51,738 nucleotides of DNA from an uncultured Clostridium sp. (GCA_964629615.1 CAZVUD010000005.1:1-51738); one strand, 5' to 3'; shown: positions 10,430 to 21,138, numbered from the stretch's first letter. Translations and numbers: made by a program. Notes: generated by a model from the sequence alone, not told the origin.

Positions 10430-11629
10430 TCACTCTATTATTGCTGTCTTTTCGCCATCGGCAAACAAAAGCTTTACCCTGTCGCCCGTCTGCAATTCGG
10501 ATGATGCACTAATAGCATCCCCCGTGTCCTTTTGCACGAGCGCATATCCCTTTGACAGCACCGCCAAGGGATTTAACGCACACAGGCGCACCTCTGTAAG
10601 CTTTAAGCGATTGGATGCAGAATCAAATACTCTCATCTCGGCATTCTCCATACGCTGTACGAGAGATATCAGCCTCATGCTCTTTTCTTCAAGCATGCGT
10701 GCAGGGCTTGCCGCGTCCAGCCTCGCATACAGCATTGAGATGCGTCCGCCGCACTCGGTCAGACTGCGATGCATCCTTGATGACATCAGGCTTTGCAGTG
10801 ACGCGCATCTTGCTCTTCTGCTCATCTCATCGGGAAATACCAATTCAGCCGCCGCCGAAGGAGTCGGCGCACGCAGATCGCTTACAAGATCGCATATCGT
10901 AACATCGGTCTCGTGACCCACCGCCGACACTACGGGAATATCCGACGCATATATCGTGCGTGCAAGATCCTCATTGTTGAATGCCCAGAGGTCCTCAACA
11001 GATCCGCCACCGCGCCCTATTATTATGACATCCACATTGCTCTCGCGGTTAAAGTACAAAACTCCGCCGATAAGACTTCTCGGCGCATCCGCACCCTGAA
11101 CGAGCGCAGGATATATCACTATCTCAACATTCGGGGATCTTCTGCCCGACACATTTATCATATCATGCACTGCCGCGCCTGACGCGGAGGTTATTATGCC
11201 CACCCTCTTTGGGTCGGCAGGCAACGGCTTTTTGTGTGACTGGTCGAAAAGCCCCTCACCTCTGAGCTTTTCCTTGAGCTTTTCAAATGCATACGCAAGA
11301 TCCCCCACTCCGTCGGGGTGCATCTCGTCAATATATATCTGATACTCACCGCGTGCACTGTAAACGGATATTTTTCCGTGCACTATCACCTTATCCCCGT
11401 CCTTTACGGGAAAATTCAATCTTTGTGCGTATCCCTTGAACATAACAGCGCGTATAGACGAGCTTCCGTCCTTAAGCGACATGTACAAATGTCCTGTGGA
11501 ATACTGATTTTTAAAATTCGATATCTCTCCGCGAAGCCAGATATTTGAAAGCACGGCAGATGCGTCAAGCGTCATGCGCACATATTCATTTACCTGCGAA
11601 ACGCTGAAAACACTTCTGTTTTGCACCAT
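10430..11629 (-). CDS. xseA: Exodeoxyribonuclease VII large subunit
   Basis: GEISNF..GHLYMSLKD, RGGGSVEDLWAFN, SAVGHETD, RAPTPSAAAE. Confidence 0.97.
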   Translation of the reverse strand: MVQNRSVFSVSQVNEYVRMTLDASAVLSNIWLRGEISNFKNQYSTGHLYMSLKDGSSSIRAVMFKGYAQRLNFPVKDGDKVIVHGKISVYSARGEYQIYIDEMHPDGVGDLAYAFEKLKEKLRGEGLFDQSHKKPLPADPKRVGIITSASGAAVHDMINVSGRRSPNVEIVIYPALVQGADAPRSLIGGVLYFNRESNVDVIIIGRGGGSVEDLWAFNNEDLARTIYASDIPVVSAVGHETDVTICDLVSDLRAPTPSAAAELVFPDEMSRRARCASLQSLMSSRMHRSLTECGGRISMLYARLDAASPARMLEEKSMRLISLVQRMENAEMRVFDSASNRLKLTEVRLCALNPLAVLSKGYALVQKDTGDAISASSELQTGDRVKLLFADGEKTAIIE

Positions 11630-11651
11630 TCATCCGCCTCCGAAAGCACTG

Positions 11652-12632
11652 TCAACCTTCCTTGATATATCTGTCACGCGCCAGAAGTGCAATACCTGCG
11701 GCATTGTCACTTGAAAATTCAGGCTCGGAAAAATAAGTATTTCCAATGCTTGACAGTCTTTTCTTTATATAGGCGTTGCTCATCACACCGCCTGCGTATA
11801 TTATCGGAATATCTCCGTATTTTTCCAAAAAAGCCTCGGTCATCTTAATGAGAGTCTTTGATATGAATTCAAACACATATGCACCCGTATACGCCATATC
11901 ATGTGTTTTTTTGTATATATCGGATGCCTTATTTTCAAGCCCCGAAAGATTACAATCCATACCGTTCACGCAGACCGACACGCCCTTTATCTCGCCGTCA
12001 TATTCAAGAGATATGCGCTCCAGCTCCTTGCCTGCAGGAAACCTCAGCCCCATAAGCACGCCCGTGCGGTCTATAGCCTGACCTGCATTTATGTCGCGGC
12101 TTCCGCCCACACGCTCTATCTCCATGCTTGATCCGTTCGCCCTGCAATAAAGCAGATCCGTAGTACCGCCCGACACATGAAATGCGCCAAACGGAGCTTT
12201 TAGTATTTCATCGTGACCTGATGAATATATTGCGGCTCTCACATGTCCCTCTTGGTGCGACAAAGGAATAAGACGCGCGCCCGACGCCACGGCTCCCATA
12301 GCCTCGGCGCAAGCCACACCTGCCAGAAAGCAGGGCATATACGACCCTTCGACATTTCTCGGCTTTGCCGAATATCCGATGGCAGCAATCCTTGCGCCGT
12401 CAGAGAGCATGGGATCAAGCACACCTTTTATCCTGCTCATACATTCGGGCATATTCCTTATGTGAGCAAACAGCGCGTCACTCTGCCTGAGTCCCCTCTC
12501 ACCTGCCTTGACAGGCAACGGGACCTTTATGTTGGCTATTATCCTGCCGTTCGCATCTGCGACTGCGCAGGATGTAGTGTAATTGCTCGTATCTATACCA
12601 AGAAAAACGAGCTTTTCTTGCAAAAGCGTCAT
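11652..12632 (-). CDS. TsaD/Kae1-like (peptidase M22 family) paralog
   Basis: LGIDTSNYTTS, HQEGH, HVSGGTT, DINAGQAIDR, GGVMSN, SSDNAAGIA. Confidence 0.85.
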   Translation of the reverse strand: MTLLQEKLVFLGIDTSNYTTSCAVADANGRIIANIKVPLPVKAGERGLRQSDALFAHIRNMPECMSRIKGVLDPMLSDGARIAAIGYSAKPRNVEGSYMPCFLAGVACAEAMGAVASGARLIPLSHQEGHVRAAIYSSGHDEILKAPFGAFHVSGGTTDLLYCRANGSSMEIERVGGSRDINAGQAIDRTGVLMGLRFPAGKELERISLEYDGEIKGVSVCVNGMDCNLSGLENKASDIYKKTHDMAYTGAYVFEFISKTLIKMTEAFLEKYGDIPIIYAGGVMSNAYIKKRLSSIGNTYFSEPEFSSDNAAGIALLARDRYIKEG

Positions 12633-12635
12633 ATA

Positions 12636-13139
12636 TCAGTTTTCTTCTGCCTTATCGGATGCTATCTCGGACGCATTGTCGCATTCAGCATCAGCCTCGC
12701 TTGCAAGGCTTATTACATAAGAGGTGCCGTTTGATGCAACGTCCTTTACGATAGCCGAAAGCACACCGTTTACAAAGGATCTTGCCTTATCCTCGCCGTA
12801 CTTTTTGGAAAGCTCTACTGCCTCGCTTACAGAGACATTCGCGGGAATATCCTTTACGAAAAGTATCTCATATACCGCAAGACGTATCACAGAGCGCGAT
12901 ACCTTTGAAAGCCTTTCTGCGCTCCAGCCCTTGGCATACTTGCTTATAACAGCATCGAGCAGAGCGGAATTGTCATTTATACCGAAATAGCATGCTTCAA
13001 TATAAGCATTGTCGGGTATCTCCCTGTTTTCCTTTGCCGAGGTGTATATCTCCTGTGCGCTCTTATCCGTTCCGAACTGTGTTTCAAACAAAAGGCAGAA
13101 GAGCAATTCTCTTGCCTCTTTTCTCGTAATGCTTGCCAT
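12636..13139 (-). CDS. nusB: Transcription antitermination factor NusB
   Basis: RKEARE, W..ERL..V.R..IRLAVYEI, VSVSEAVELSKKYG...SFVNGVL. Confidence 0.96.
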   Translation of the reverse strand: MASITRKEARELLFCLLFETQFGTDKSAQEIYTSAKENREIPDNAYIEACYFGINDNSALLDAVISKYAKGWSAERLSKVSRSVIRLAVYEILFVKDIPANVSVSEAVELSKKYGEDKARSFVNGVLSAIVKDVASNGTSYVISLASEADAECDNASEIASDKAEEN

Positions 13140-13193
13140 ATTTCCTCCTTAGCCGCAATCTGCTTTTGGGCATAGTTATATATTATAACTTAT

Positions 13194-13222
13194 ATTATAC
13201 ATAATTTCAAGTCCATTGTCAA
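13194..13222 (-). promoter_or_regulatory. SigA promoter of the nusB...recN block
   Basis: TTGACA (13222-13217), 17 bp, TATAAT (13199-13194). Confidence 0.8.
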
Positions 13223-13390
13223 GGCAGAATGAATATTTATTCCGAATATTCATGAAATTTTAAAAAATTCGCAACATACATATATTCGCACATAACATAT
13301 ATCAAAAAAATTTGAAAACCGTATTGAAAAATGCGCAGATGTATGTTAAAATATATAACAGATAAACAAAAAAACAAAGGAATAAATATC

Positions 13391-13939
13391 ATGAACAAAA
13401 AAGAATTTGCAAAGGGCGTGCTTATAAATGGCGCTCTGCTGTACACATTGGTATCCGCATGCATACTCATCATATCCGCGCTGGTCACGGGTGACAGCGG
13501 TCAGGTGACAGAAACAGGCGGACAGTTTCTTAAGATATCCACACACCTGTTTTTGCTCATATATGCATATATAGCATCCTTGGCATCCAATATCTGCAAG
13601 ATCGAAAAGATCCCCTACTCGGCAAAGCTGTTCATTCATGCGGCAGGTTATATCGGCGGATTTTTCTTCTTTTTCGTGCTTCCCTTAAACAGAGGCTTTT
13701 CGGGAAGCGTTATGCTCACGCTCGGCTTTGCGGCGGCATATGTCATAGTACGTGTGCTGATCAGCATAATCACATACGACGAAAAGGGTGCAAAGCAAAA
13801 TGCAAGCAATAAGTCATCCAAAAAAGGCAGCGCTGCAAGCAATAGCAACAGCTCGGCAAAGGTCACAAAAAAGAGCAAACCCGCAAAAATGAAGGACGAG
13901 GAATATACAAGCCTTTTCTCATCAAAAAGCAGTAAATGA
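13391..13939 (+). CDS. Hypothetical membrane protein, about 4 TM with Lys/Ser-rich C-tail
   Basis: AAAGGA RBS before ATG 13391; four hydrophobic segments; overlaps the next ORF (ATGA). Confidence 0.75.
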   Translation: MNKKEFAKGVLINGALLYTLVSACILIISALVTGDSGQVTETGGQFLKISTHLFLLIYAYIASLASNICKIEKIPYSAKLFIHAAGYIGGFFFFFVLPLNRGFSGSVMLTLGFAAAYVIVRVLISIITYDEKGAKQNASNKSSKKGSAASNSNSSAKVTKKSKPAKMKDEEYTSLFSSKSSK

Positions 13940-13953
13940 TCTTAGGTGCGCAT

Positions 13954-14757
13954 ATGAACACAGACAGCAAAAAAGCAGAGCGTGCGGTAAGATACTTACT
14001 TTACGCTGTGATACCTCTCGCACTTGCGGCATGCATATGTGTGATAATGCTGACGGTACGCGGTGTGCGAGACGAAATATTTGACAGTGAGGCAGATAGC
14101 GCCTCATTTGATCTTTCAGATCACAAAAAAGCTCTCGGCGAGAGCGCCGACCACGGCACAAGCTATATAGACTCCATCACATTTCTCGGTGACAAAAGCA
14201 TAAAGAAGCTGCTCGAATTCAAGCTTCTGACAGGCGGCAAGACCTCACATCAGGTATGGACGGGTGAGAGCGGCGACATTCCGCTCGATTCAAGCATAAA
14301 GGATCTGTCGGTGGCATACCCCGACAGCGGTGAGATACATACGCTGACCGAGGCTTTGACCGATAGAAGCCCGAGATATATCATGGTAACGCTTGGTATA
14401 AGCAACGGAGTTCCCTATTGCAGCAAAGAAAAATTCACCTCATACTATCAGGATGTCATAGACATTATCAAAAGCTCATCACCTGACACGGTCATAATTT
14501 TGCAGTCTATATTCCCAGTCAGCCGCACTTACTAAAAAAGCGACCCTACCATCACGAACAAAAAGATAGATGAGGCAAATTTCTGGATAGCCGAGCTGTG
14601 TGAGAAAAATGATATCAGCTTTCTTTACAGCGCGATATCAGTTAAAGATGCAGACGGATATCTTGCACAGGAATACACATCCGAAGAAGGCATATATATG
14701 AATTCCGCAGGATACAAGCGAATACTTGAGTACATAAGAACTCACGCATATACTTAA
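13954..14757 (+). pseudogene. Membrane-anchored SGNH/GDSL-like protein interrupted by an in-frame TAA at 14533-14535
   Basis: N-terminal TM, FLGD, TLG.SNG, IILQSIFPV; the same frame continues after the TAA for 73 codons (KSDPTITNKKIDEANFWI...DADGYL...EGIYMNSAGYKRILEYIRTHAYT*) with the expected SGNH C-terminus. Confidence 0.8.
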
Positions 14758-14759
14758 AT

Positions 14760-14801
14760 AAAAATGCACCAAGCGAACACACTGTCGCTTGGTGCATTTT
14801 T
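14760..14801. terminator. Bidirectional terminator
   Basis: AAAAATGCACCAAGCGA-N8-TCGCTTGGTGCATTTTT between convergent genes. Confidence 0.85.
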
Positions 14802-14810
14802 CTGTATATA

Positions 14811-15791
14811 TCACTTTAAAGGCTCAAAATTCTTTCCCTGCCAGAGATCATGCTGAAACATATATTTGTCTATTCCGTTTATGACATCTGTCTTTTTCCT
14901 GCTCCATTCGGGCGCAATAAGATCGCTCTGCATACCGTCGCCCGTAAGTCTGCCTATGACCGCATCCTCATGTATGTATGTAAGCGCATTTGCCACTGTG
15001 CATATGTAATCATCACGCTCCATGGGAACATATTCTCCGCGCGCATGCATATCGGCAAGCACGGTGTTTTTTATCACATGCAAGAGATGTATCTTTACCT
15101 GATGCGGCATCATACGCCCTAACACTCTCGCGCTCTCAAGCATCATTTGTTCATCCTCTCCTGGCAGACCGAATATAAGGTGCACGCAGATGTTTATCTT
15201 GTCAGACGCAAGCCTCAGCCTTTCATAGCCACGGCAAAAATCCTCAAATGTATGTCCGCGGTTGATAAGAAATGCAGTGCTGTCATGCACGCTCTGGAGT
15301 CCGAGCTCCACCGTAAGCACCTTACGCTCTGCAATATCGGCAAGATAAGATATAACATCATCCTCAAGGCAATCTGCGCGTGTGGCAATATTTATACCCA
15401 CAACGCCTTCCTTTGAAAGCACGCTCTCATATTTTTCGCGAAGCACATCTATCGGCGCATATGTATTTGTATGCGCCTGAAAATACGGTATATACATATC
15501 TGTATTCCATTTTGAGGAAAGCTTATTGCGCGTTATGTCAAATTGTTGGCTTACATCTATATCCGCTCTCTCTGCAAAATCACCGCTTCCGCGATCCGAG
15601 CAATATATGCATCCCCCTCGTGAGCATCTGCCGTCTATATTCGGGCAGGTAAATCCTGCGTCAAGCGGTATCTTCATGCATTTGCCGCCAAATGTATGCT
15701 TGAGCCAATAGTCATATGTCTGATACCGTTTATTGCTGTCGCTGTTTCTGTACGGATTGATGTCCGCCTGAGTCACTTTTTTTGCGCTCAT
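14811..15791 (-). CDS. Radical SAM protein, YhcC/TIGR01212 family
   Basis: KIPLDAGFTCPNIDG...GGCIYC, YFQAHTNTY, ATRADC, VELGLQS, RLTGDG. Confidence 0.92.
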   Translation of the reverse strand: MSAKKVTQADINPYRNSDSNKRYQTYDYWLKHTFGGKCMKIPLDAGFTCPNIDGRCSRGGCIYCSDRGSGDFAERADIDVSQQFDITRNKLSSKWNTDMYIPYFQAHTNTYAPIDVLREKYESVLSKEGVVGINIATRADCLEDDVISYLADIAERKVLTVELGLQSVHDSTAFLINRGHTFEDFCRGYERLRLASDKINICVHLIFGLPGEDEQMMLESARVLGRMMPHQVKIHLLHVIKNTVLADMHARGEYVPMERDDYICTVANALTYIHEDAVIGRLTGDGMQSDLIAPEWSRKKTDVINGIDKYMFQHDLWQGKNFEPLK

Positions 15792-15814
15792 AACATACCC
15801 CCTTTATCCTTTAT

Positions 15815-15842
15815 CGGGCGTTGCAGTTTCCCGCAACGCCCG
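15815..15842. terminator. Hairpin after aminotransferase
   Basis: CGGGCGTTGC-N8-GCAACGCCCG. Confidence 0.6.
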
Positions 15843-15848
15843 TATTTT

Positions 15849-17126
15849 TTATCCTATAAGCCTTTCAAGTGCCGCGATCCTTACGCACACGGTAAGCACA
15901 GCCATTGCCTTTTTAAGATCCCCCATAGATGCATATGTGGGAGCTATTCTTATATTGCTGTCGCTGTCATCCTTGCCGTAGGGATATGTCGCGCCCACCT
16001 TTGTAAGCGTGAGTCCCGCCTCACGGCAAAGCTCGTATACCCTCTTTGCACATCCGTCCATGGTATATAAGCTTACAAAATATCCTCCGCGCGGCTCTGT
16101 CCATCTTGCTATGCCCTTATCGCCCAGATCTGCATCAAGCGTGCTGAGTACCATATCAAATTTAGGCTTGAGCAGGCTTGCATGCTTTTTCATATGCTCG
16201 CGTATGCCGTCCGCACCTCCAAAGAATCTCACGTGACGAAGCTGATTCAGCTTATCAAAGCTTATGGTCTGTGCAGCCACGATGGATCTGATCTGAGAAA
16301 GGTTATTCTCGCTTGCCGCAATTATCGCAACTCCCGCGCCGGGATATGTTATCTTTGATGTGGATGCGAAATAGAAGACTCTGTCCTCGTTTCCGTACCT
16401 TCTGCATTCTTCAAATATATCAAGAAGCTTGTCACCATCGCCGTAGATATCATGTACCGCATATGCATTATCCCACATGATCCTGAAATCCGATGCCGCA
16501 GTCTTCATTTTTGCAAGCCTTGATACTGTTTCGTCCGAATATGTTATTCCGTCGGGATTTGAGTATTTCGGGTTGCACCATATTCCCTTTATCGACTTAT
16601 CCGAGGCTACAAGCCTCTCCACCTCGTCCATGCAAGGACCGTCCTTTGTCATTCCGACATTGATCATTTCAATTCCGAGCGACTGCGTGATCATAAAGTG
16701 TCTGTCGTATCCGGGAACAGGACAGAGAAATTTCACCTTTTCCTCTTTGCACCACGGTCTTTCGCTTCCGTACACACCGTAGAGCATTGCGCGTGACATT
16801 GCGTCATACATAAGATTGAGTGACGAGCTGCCGCCGATAAATATATAATTTTCAGGAATGCCGAGAAGCTCGGAAAACATCTTTTTAGCTTCGGGTATGC
16901 CGTCAAACAAGCCATAGTTTCGGCAATCAAAGCCGCCCTCGGTCATGCAATCAGCCTCATTTGCAATAACGCTGAGCATACCGTCAGACAAGCGCAGCTG
17001 CTCGCTGTCGGGCTTGCCGCGTGACAGGTCAAGGGACAAGCCCTCCCCCTTCAACCGCTCGTAGCACGAAATAAGCTCATCTCGCTCACGGCACATATCC
17101 TGCCTTTGCATTTGTGTGTATTTCAT
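15849..17126 (-). CDS. PLP-dependent aminotransferase class I/II (type Ic aspartate aminotransferase-like)
   Basis: [39 protein letters not shown] (PLP lysine), NIRIAPT. Confidence 0.9.
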   Translation of the reverse strand: MKYTQMQRQDMCRERDELISCYERLKGEGLSLDLSRGKPDSEQLRLSDGMLSVIANEADCMTEGGFDCRNYGLFDGIPEAKKMFSELLGIPENYIFIGGSSSLNLMYDAMSRAMLYGVYGSERPWCKEEKVKFLCPVPGYDRHFMITQSLGIEMINVGMTKDGPCMDEVERLVASDKSIKGIWCNPKYSNPDGITYSDETVSRLAKMKTAASDFRIMWDNAYAVHDIYGDGDKLLDIFEECRRYGNEDRVFYFASTSKITYPGAGVAIIAASENNLSQIRSIVAAQTISFDKLNQLRHVRFFGGADGIREHMKKHASLLKPKFDMVLSTLDADLGDKGIARWTEPRGGYFVSLYTMDGCAKRVYELCREAGLTLTKVGATYPYGKDDSDSNIRIAPTYASMGDLKKAMAVLTVCVRIAALERLIG

Positions 17127-17336
17127 AATATATCATCCTTTACCAGTGATCTGTGTTTCTCTTAATAATATATGACACGCATATATACAGTTGACATTTT
17201 GCATAATTTTAAAGCAAAACTTGCAAAAAAATGTATGTATTCGTGCAATATCTCATCTAAACCGATATAACGATGAATATTATATCATATATTCCGCCAA
17301 AATGCAAGATGTTTTTCGCATTTTTGCAAAATTTTC

Positions 17337-19757
17337 TTATTTTTTCCCTTCATTCCAAAATCTTCGGGCAATTTCTGCAAGAGAAACAGGATCTCCTGCA
17401 TATTTTGCGTCCTTCCAAGCCGTTGGAAACAGCCTTCTGTACTTCGGATCTGCATACCTGTCATCGATAAGCACAGCTATGCCTCTGTCATTTTGATCCC
17501 TGATGACTCTGCCCACTGCCTGAAGCACATTGTTAAATCCCGGGTATGTATAGGCATAGTCATATCCCTCAGAGCATTTCTCGTCGTAATATTCGCGTAT
17601 TATATTGTTGGTATCGCTTATTCCGGGCATGCCGACGCCTATGACTATAACGCCTATCAGCCTATCTCCGGGGAGGTCTATACCCTCGGAAAACGATCCG
17701 CCGATCACACAAAAGCCTATACGAAGCACTCCGCTGTCACACGCAAAATAATCAAGAAATTCATTTCTCTCCTGTGCGGACATATTTCTCCTTTGCTTGC
17801 GCGTGCTCACATTCGGATATTTCTTTCTGAATTGCTCATACACCTTCTCCATATATCCGTACGACGGGAAGAACACTATATAGTTGCCTGCCCGAGCCGA
17901 AGCCGTTGCCGCAATTGCCGATACTATCTTCTTATATGATCTCTCCCTGTCCTCATACCGTGTGCTTACTCCGTCATACACCGCCACACACAGCGAGTCC
18001 TTTGGGAACGGTGAATCAAAGCTGACAGACACCGCATCCTCGCCGCCTCCGAGGACATCCGCATAATAGCTTGCAGGGGTCAGTGTAGCCGAAAACATCA
18101 CGCTTGCCCTTGCCTTTGACAGGCATGCGTCGAGCTGTATGGAGGGATCAAGGCAATACAGCATCACGCTCACATCAGCTCCGCTTATGCTCGTAAACGT
18201 AATATATCCCTCACCGTAATGCTTTGACATCTGCAAAAATTCATATATCTGATATTCCGTGCGATCAACGATCTGATATATGGGGCTCTCAGGGCACTTT
18301 TTTCTGAAGCCTTCGCACATCTTCTGCAGGTCTTCCAGCTTTTCTGCAAGCACATAGGGCATTTCCCTTGATATCCCGTATCCGTATTCATTTCCGTCCG
18401 AAGCACATCTTATGCTGTCATTGTATTTTTCTCTGTATGAATCAAATATATCCCTTACATCCGATGCACATCTGCCAAGCTTGTCCGCGCCGTTCTTATA
18501 TTCATATATCGCATTTTGCGCCAGCTCATCTATTGCAGATCTGCTTATGGATGCCGAGAACATATCTCTCGCTCTTGCAGGCAGGTTATGCGCCTCATCG
18601 ACAAGAAATACATATTTTTCGTTTACACACTCAAAATACCGCCGCAGATAAACGAGCGGCGAAAACACATAGTTATAGTCACATATAAGTATATCGCAAT
18701 ATTCCGAAAGATCAAGAGACAGCTCATACGGGCACACAAGATGCTTGTGCGCATACTTAAGTATCTCTTCCCTGTTGAATTCATATCCGTTTTCAAGCAT
18801 ATCGAATACTGCATCGTCGCGCTTGCCGTAATAATTCTGAGCATAGGGGCAGATATCAGGTCTGCAATTATCGGATATACGCATGCCGCTACCCTTTTCC
18901 TTGCAGATGCACATATGCTCCTTTGCAGAAAGCGAGCATGTATAGATAGAAACGCCGCTCTCACGTATGAGCCTTGCGGCATTATAGGCTTCCCTCTTTA
19001 TGCTTGCCTTGGATGTGAGATAAAATATCTTGTCTGCACCGCCATCACCCCAGACACGCACAGAGGGGTATATTACAGAAACAGTTTTGCCTATTCCTGT
19101 CGGAGCTTGACAAAAGAGCCTTGATGAATGCTTTATATCAAGATAGCACTCGCGTATCATATCCGACTGACCGTCTCTCAGCTCTCTGTACGGAAATGCC
19201 GCCAAAGCGCCCGTAGGACGTCTTATATCATACCTCGCCTTTAAGAATTCCGCCTTGCGCTTTACCGTGCACAGCAATTGCATATACATATCCGAAAGAG
19301 CTTCTGTGCTGATATATCTCTGAGAATACCGTATCTCCCCATCCTTTGGCGTATAGTAGGTCAAGCGCACATTGACACCGTCGAGTCCCTTGGAGCGGCA
19401 AAGAAAATACGCATAGCAATACAGCTGTGACGCATAAAAGCCGCTGTCATATCCGCTCTGTGCAGAAACGACCTTTATCTGGTCCACCGTATATCCGCCC
19501 TCATCGCATATCACTCCGTCCGCATTTCCGCTGACGCACAAATAAATATCGTCAAGCTTTGAGGTGTTCGTGAATGACACGAACGCCATGTATCTGTCGG
19601 AATAAATCTTACGCATCTTTTTTATAGCCGCATCCTTCATGGACTCCAGCCGTGCCGTGCTTATATCCCGTACATCTATATCACGGTTCGGGCAAGCCGT
19701 AAGACACAGCTCGCTTACCGAAAGTTCTATGCTCTGATCATCGAAATTATATCTCAT
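17337..19757 (-). CDS. DinG/XPD-type Fe-S ATP-dependent DNA helicase with N-terminal PD-(D/E)XK-like domain
   Basis: APTGIGKT, Cys cluster (HMC..C..C...VCPYE), VDEAHN, FSATL, FFPSY, SEGIDL, QAVGRVIR. Confidence 0.92.
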   Translation of the reverse strand: MRYNFDDQSIELSVSELCLTACPNRDIDVRDISTARLESMKDAAIKKMRKIYSDRYMAFVSFTNTSKLDDIYLCVSGNADGVICDEGGYTVDQIKVVSAQSGYDSGFYASQLYCYAYFLCRSKGLDGVNVRLTYYTPKDGEIRYSQRYISTEALSDMYMQLLCTVKRKAEFLKARYDIRRPTGALAAFPYRELRDGQSDMIRECYLDIKHSSRLFCQAPTGIGKTVSVIYPSVRVWGDGGADKIFYLTSKASIKREAYNAARLIRESGVSIYTCSLSAKEHMCICKEKGSGMRISDNCRPDICPYAQNYYGKRDDAVFDMLENGYEFNREEILKYAHKHLVCPYELSLDLSEYCDILICDYNYVFSPLVYLRRYFECVNEKYVFLVDEAHNLPARARDMFSASISRSAIDELAQNAIYEYKNGADKLGRCASDVRDIFDSYREKYNDSIRCASDGNEYGYGISREMPYVLAEKLEDLQKMCEGFRKKCPESPIYQIVDRTEYQIYEFLQMSKHYGEGYITFTSISGADVSVMLYCLDPSIQLDACLSKARASVMFSATLTPASYYADVLGGGEDAVSVSFDSPFPKDSLCVAVYDGVSTRYEDRERSYKKIVSAIAATASARAGNYIVFFPSYGYMEKVYEQFRKKYPNVSTRKQRRNMSAQERNEFLDYFACDSGVLRIGFCVIGGSFSEGIDLPGDRLIGVIVIGVGMPGISDTNNIIREYYDEKCSEGYDYAYTYPGFNNVLQAVGRVIRDQNDRGIAVLIDDRYADPKYRRLFPTAWKDAKYAGDPVSLAEIARRFWNEGKK

Positions 19758-19911
19758 GTCCTGCCCTCCTTCTTTTTTATATTAATTTTAACATAAATAC
19801 TTTCACACGTCAAGCATATGAATACAAATTACCAAATTTTTAGGGGTTACATTTTCTTTGCACCTGTATTATAATATAAGTATAAAACACAAGTCTCAAA
19901 GGAGGATATAC

Positions 19912-20499
19912 ATGGAACTGATACTTATAAGCTCAAACAAGCTCAAGGTGACCCTTGACGGAAGCGACAGAGAAAAATACGAACTGGATGAGATATGCCA
20001 AAATATGAATATATGTGAAAACAAAAGCATGAAAAGGCTTTTGGATGACATCCGCCGCATGTCGGGATTTAACACCCAAAAGGAGGGACTTGTGGTGGAG
20101 ATGTTCGGTCCATGCAACGGATCATTTGAAATATTCATAACTCAGACAAGGGATAGATCGGATAATATGAGTGGGGGCAACGACAAGATGCAAAAGCAAT
20201 ATCACACAGATACGGAAAATAGAGTATACATATTTGAAGCTCTGTCTGACCTTATATCTGTATGCCGCGCCCTCGTTGCGATCGGCATATCCTGTGAAAG
20301 CTCAGCTTACAAGGAAGGCGGCAGATACTATCTTGCCCTTCTCATACCCGAAAATGCAAATGACATATATCGCGAAAGGCTTGCATTGATACTTGACTTC
20401 GGAGCACGCATCATGAATGCATATGCATATTCATACCTTTGCGAGCATGCAATTGCAATATGCAAAGGCGACGCGATAGATAAGCTGTCAAGGATATGA
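19912..20499 (+). CDS. mecA: MecA-like ClpC adaptor protein
   Basis: MELILISSNKLKVTL...D, EIFIT, YIFEALSDLI..C, S.AY....YYL, YL.EHA.AI...DAI; GGAGG RBS. Confidence 0.75.
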   Translation: MELILISSNKLKVTLDGSDREKYELDEICQNMNICENKSMKRLLDDIRRMSGFNTQKEGLVVEMFGPCNGSFEIFITQTRDRSDNMSGGNDKMQKQYHTDTENRVYIFEALSDLISVCRALVAIGISCESSAYKEGGRYYLALLIPENANDIYRERLALILDFGARIMNAYAYSYLCEHAIAICKGDAIDKLSRI

Positions 20500-20553
20500 G
20501 AAATTGCCCATATCGGTATTGATTTTTGCTCATATATCTGTTATAATGGTCAT

Positions 20554-21138
20554 ATGGATACCTTGCAAAAGGAGATACTTATGTTGGATGAAATAAAAAG
20601 CAGATGTGCCGATTGCACCATGTGCGATCTTTATAAAGGCAAACACAATACCGTATTCGGGTGCGGAAATGAGCATGCAGATATAATGTTTATAGGAGAA
20701 GCTCCGGGCGAATGCGAGGACAACGAGGGCATACCCTTCGTCGGCAAGGCGGGTCAGCTTCTCGACAGATATCTTTTCGCCGCAGACATAAAGCGAGAAG
20801 ATGTATATATCACTAATATCATAAAATGCCGACCTCCGAGCAACCGGGATCCCCTTCCCGAGGAGCAGGATGCCTGCATGCGATATCTGAGAGAACAGGT
20901 AAAATGTATAGACCCGTCAATAATCGTATGCCTCGGCAGAATATCGGCATGTCGGCTGATAAGCCCCGATCTTAAGATCACGAAAGATCACGGGATCTGG
21001 TTTGAGCGCGGCAAATACAGCCTTATCGCGCTTTATCACCCATCGGCTCTGCTGCGTGATCATACAAAGCGCGCAGATATGCTTGACGATATACGCAAGG
21101 TAAAGAAAAAATATGACGAGCTATGTAAAAGCAAATAA
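20554..21138 (+). CDS. Uracil-DNA glycosylase, family 4 (Fe-S)
   Basis: [33 protein letters not shown]...C, YHPSALLR. Confidence 0.95.
   Translation: MDTLQKEILMLDEIKSRCADCTMCDLYKGKHNTVFGCGNEHADIMFIGEAPGECEDNEGIPFVGKAGQLLDRYLFAADIKREDVYITNIIKCRPPSNRDPLPEEQDACMRYLREQVKCIDPSIIVCLGRISACRLISPDLKITKDHGIWFERGKYSLIALYHPSALLRDHTKRADMLDDIRKVKKKYDELCKSK

Noticed and set aside
14533-14535. Stop-codon reassignment or programmed readthrough
   Set aside because: TAA terminates many conserved genes here (rplS, yebC, argS, uvrA); a single event is better explained by mutation or error.
17337-19757. CRISPR type IV CasDinG or defence helicase
   Set aside because: No cas genes or array nearby; housekeeping context.
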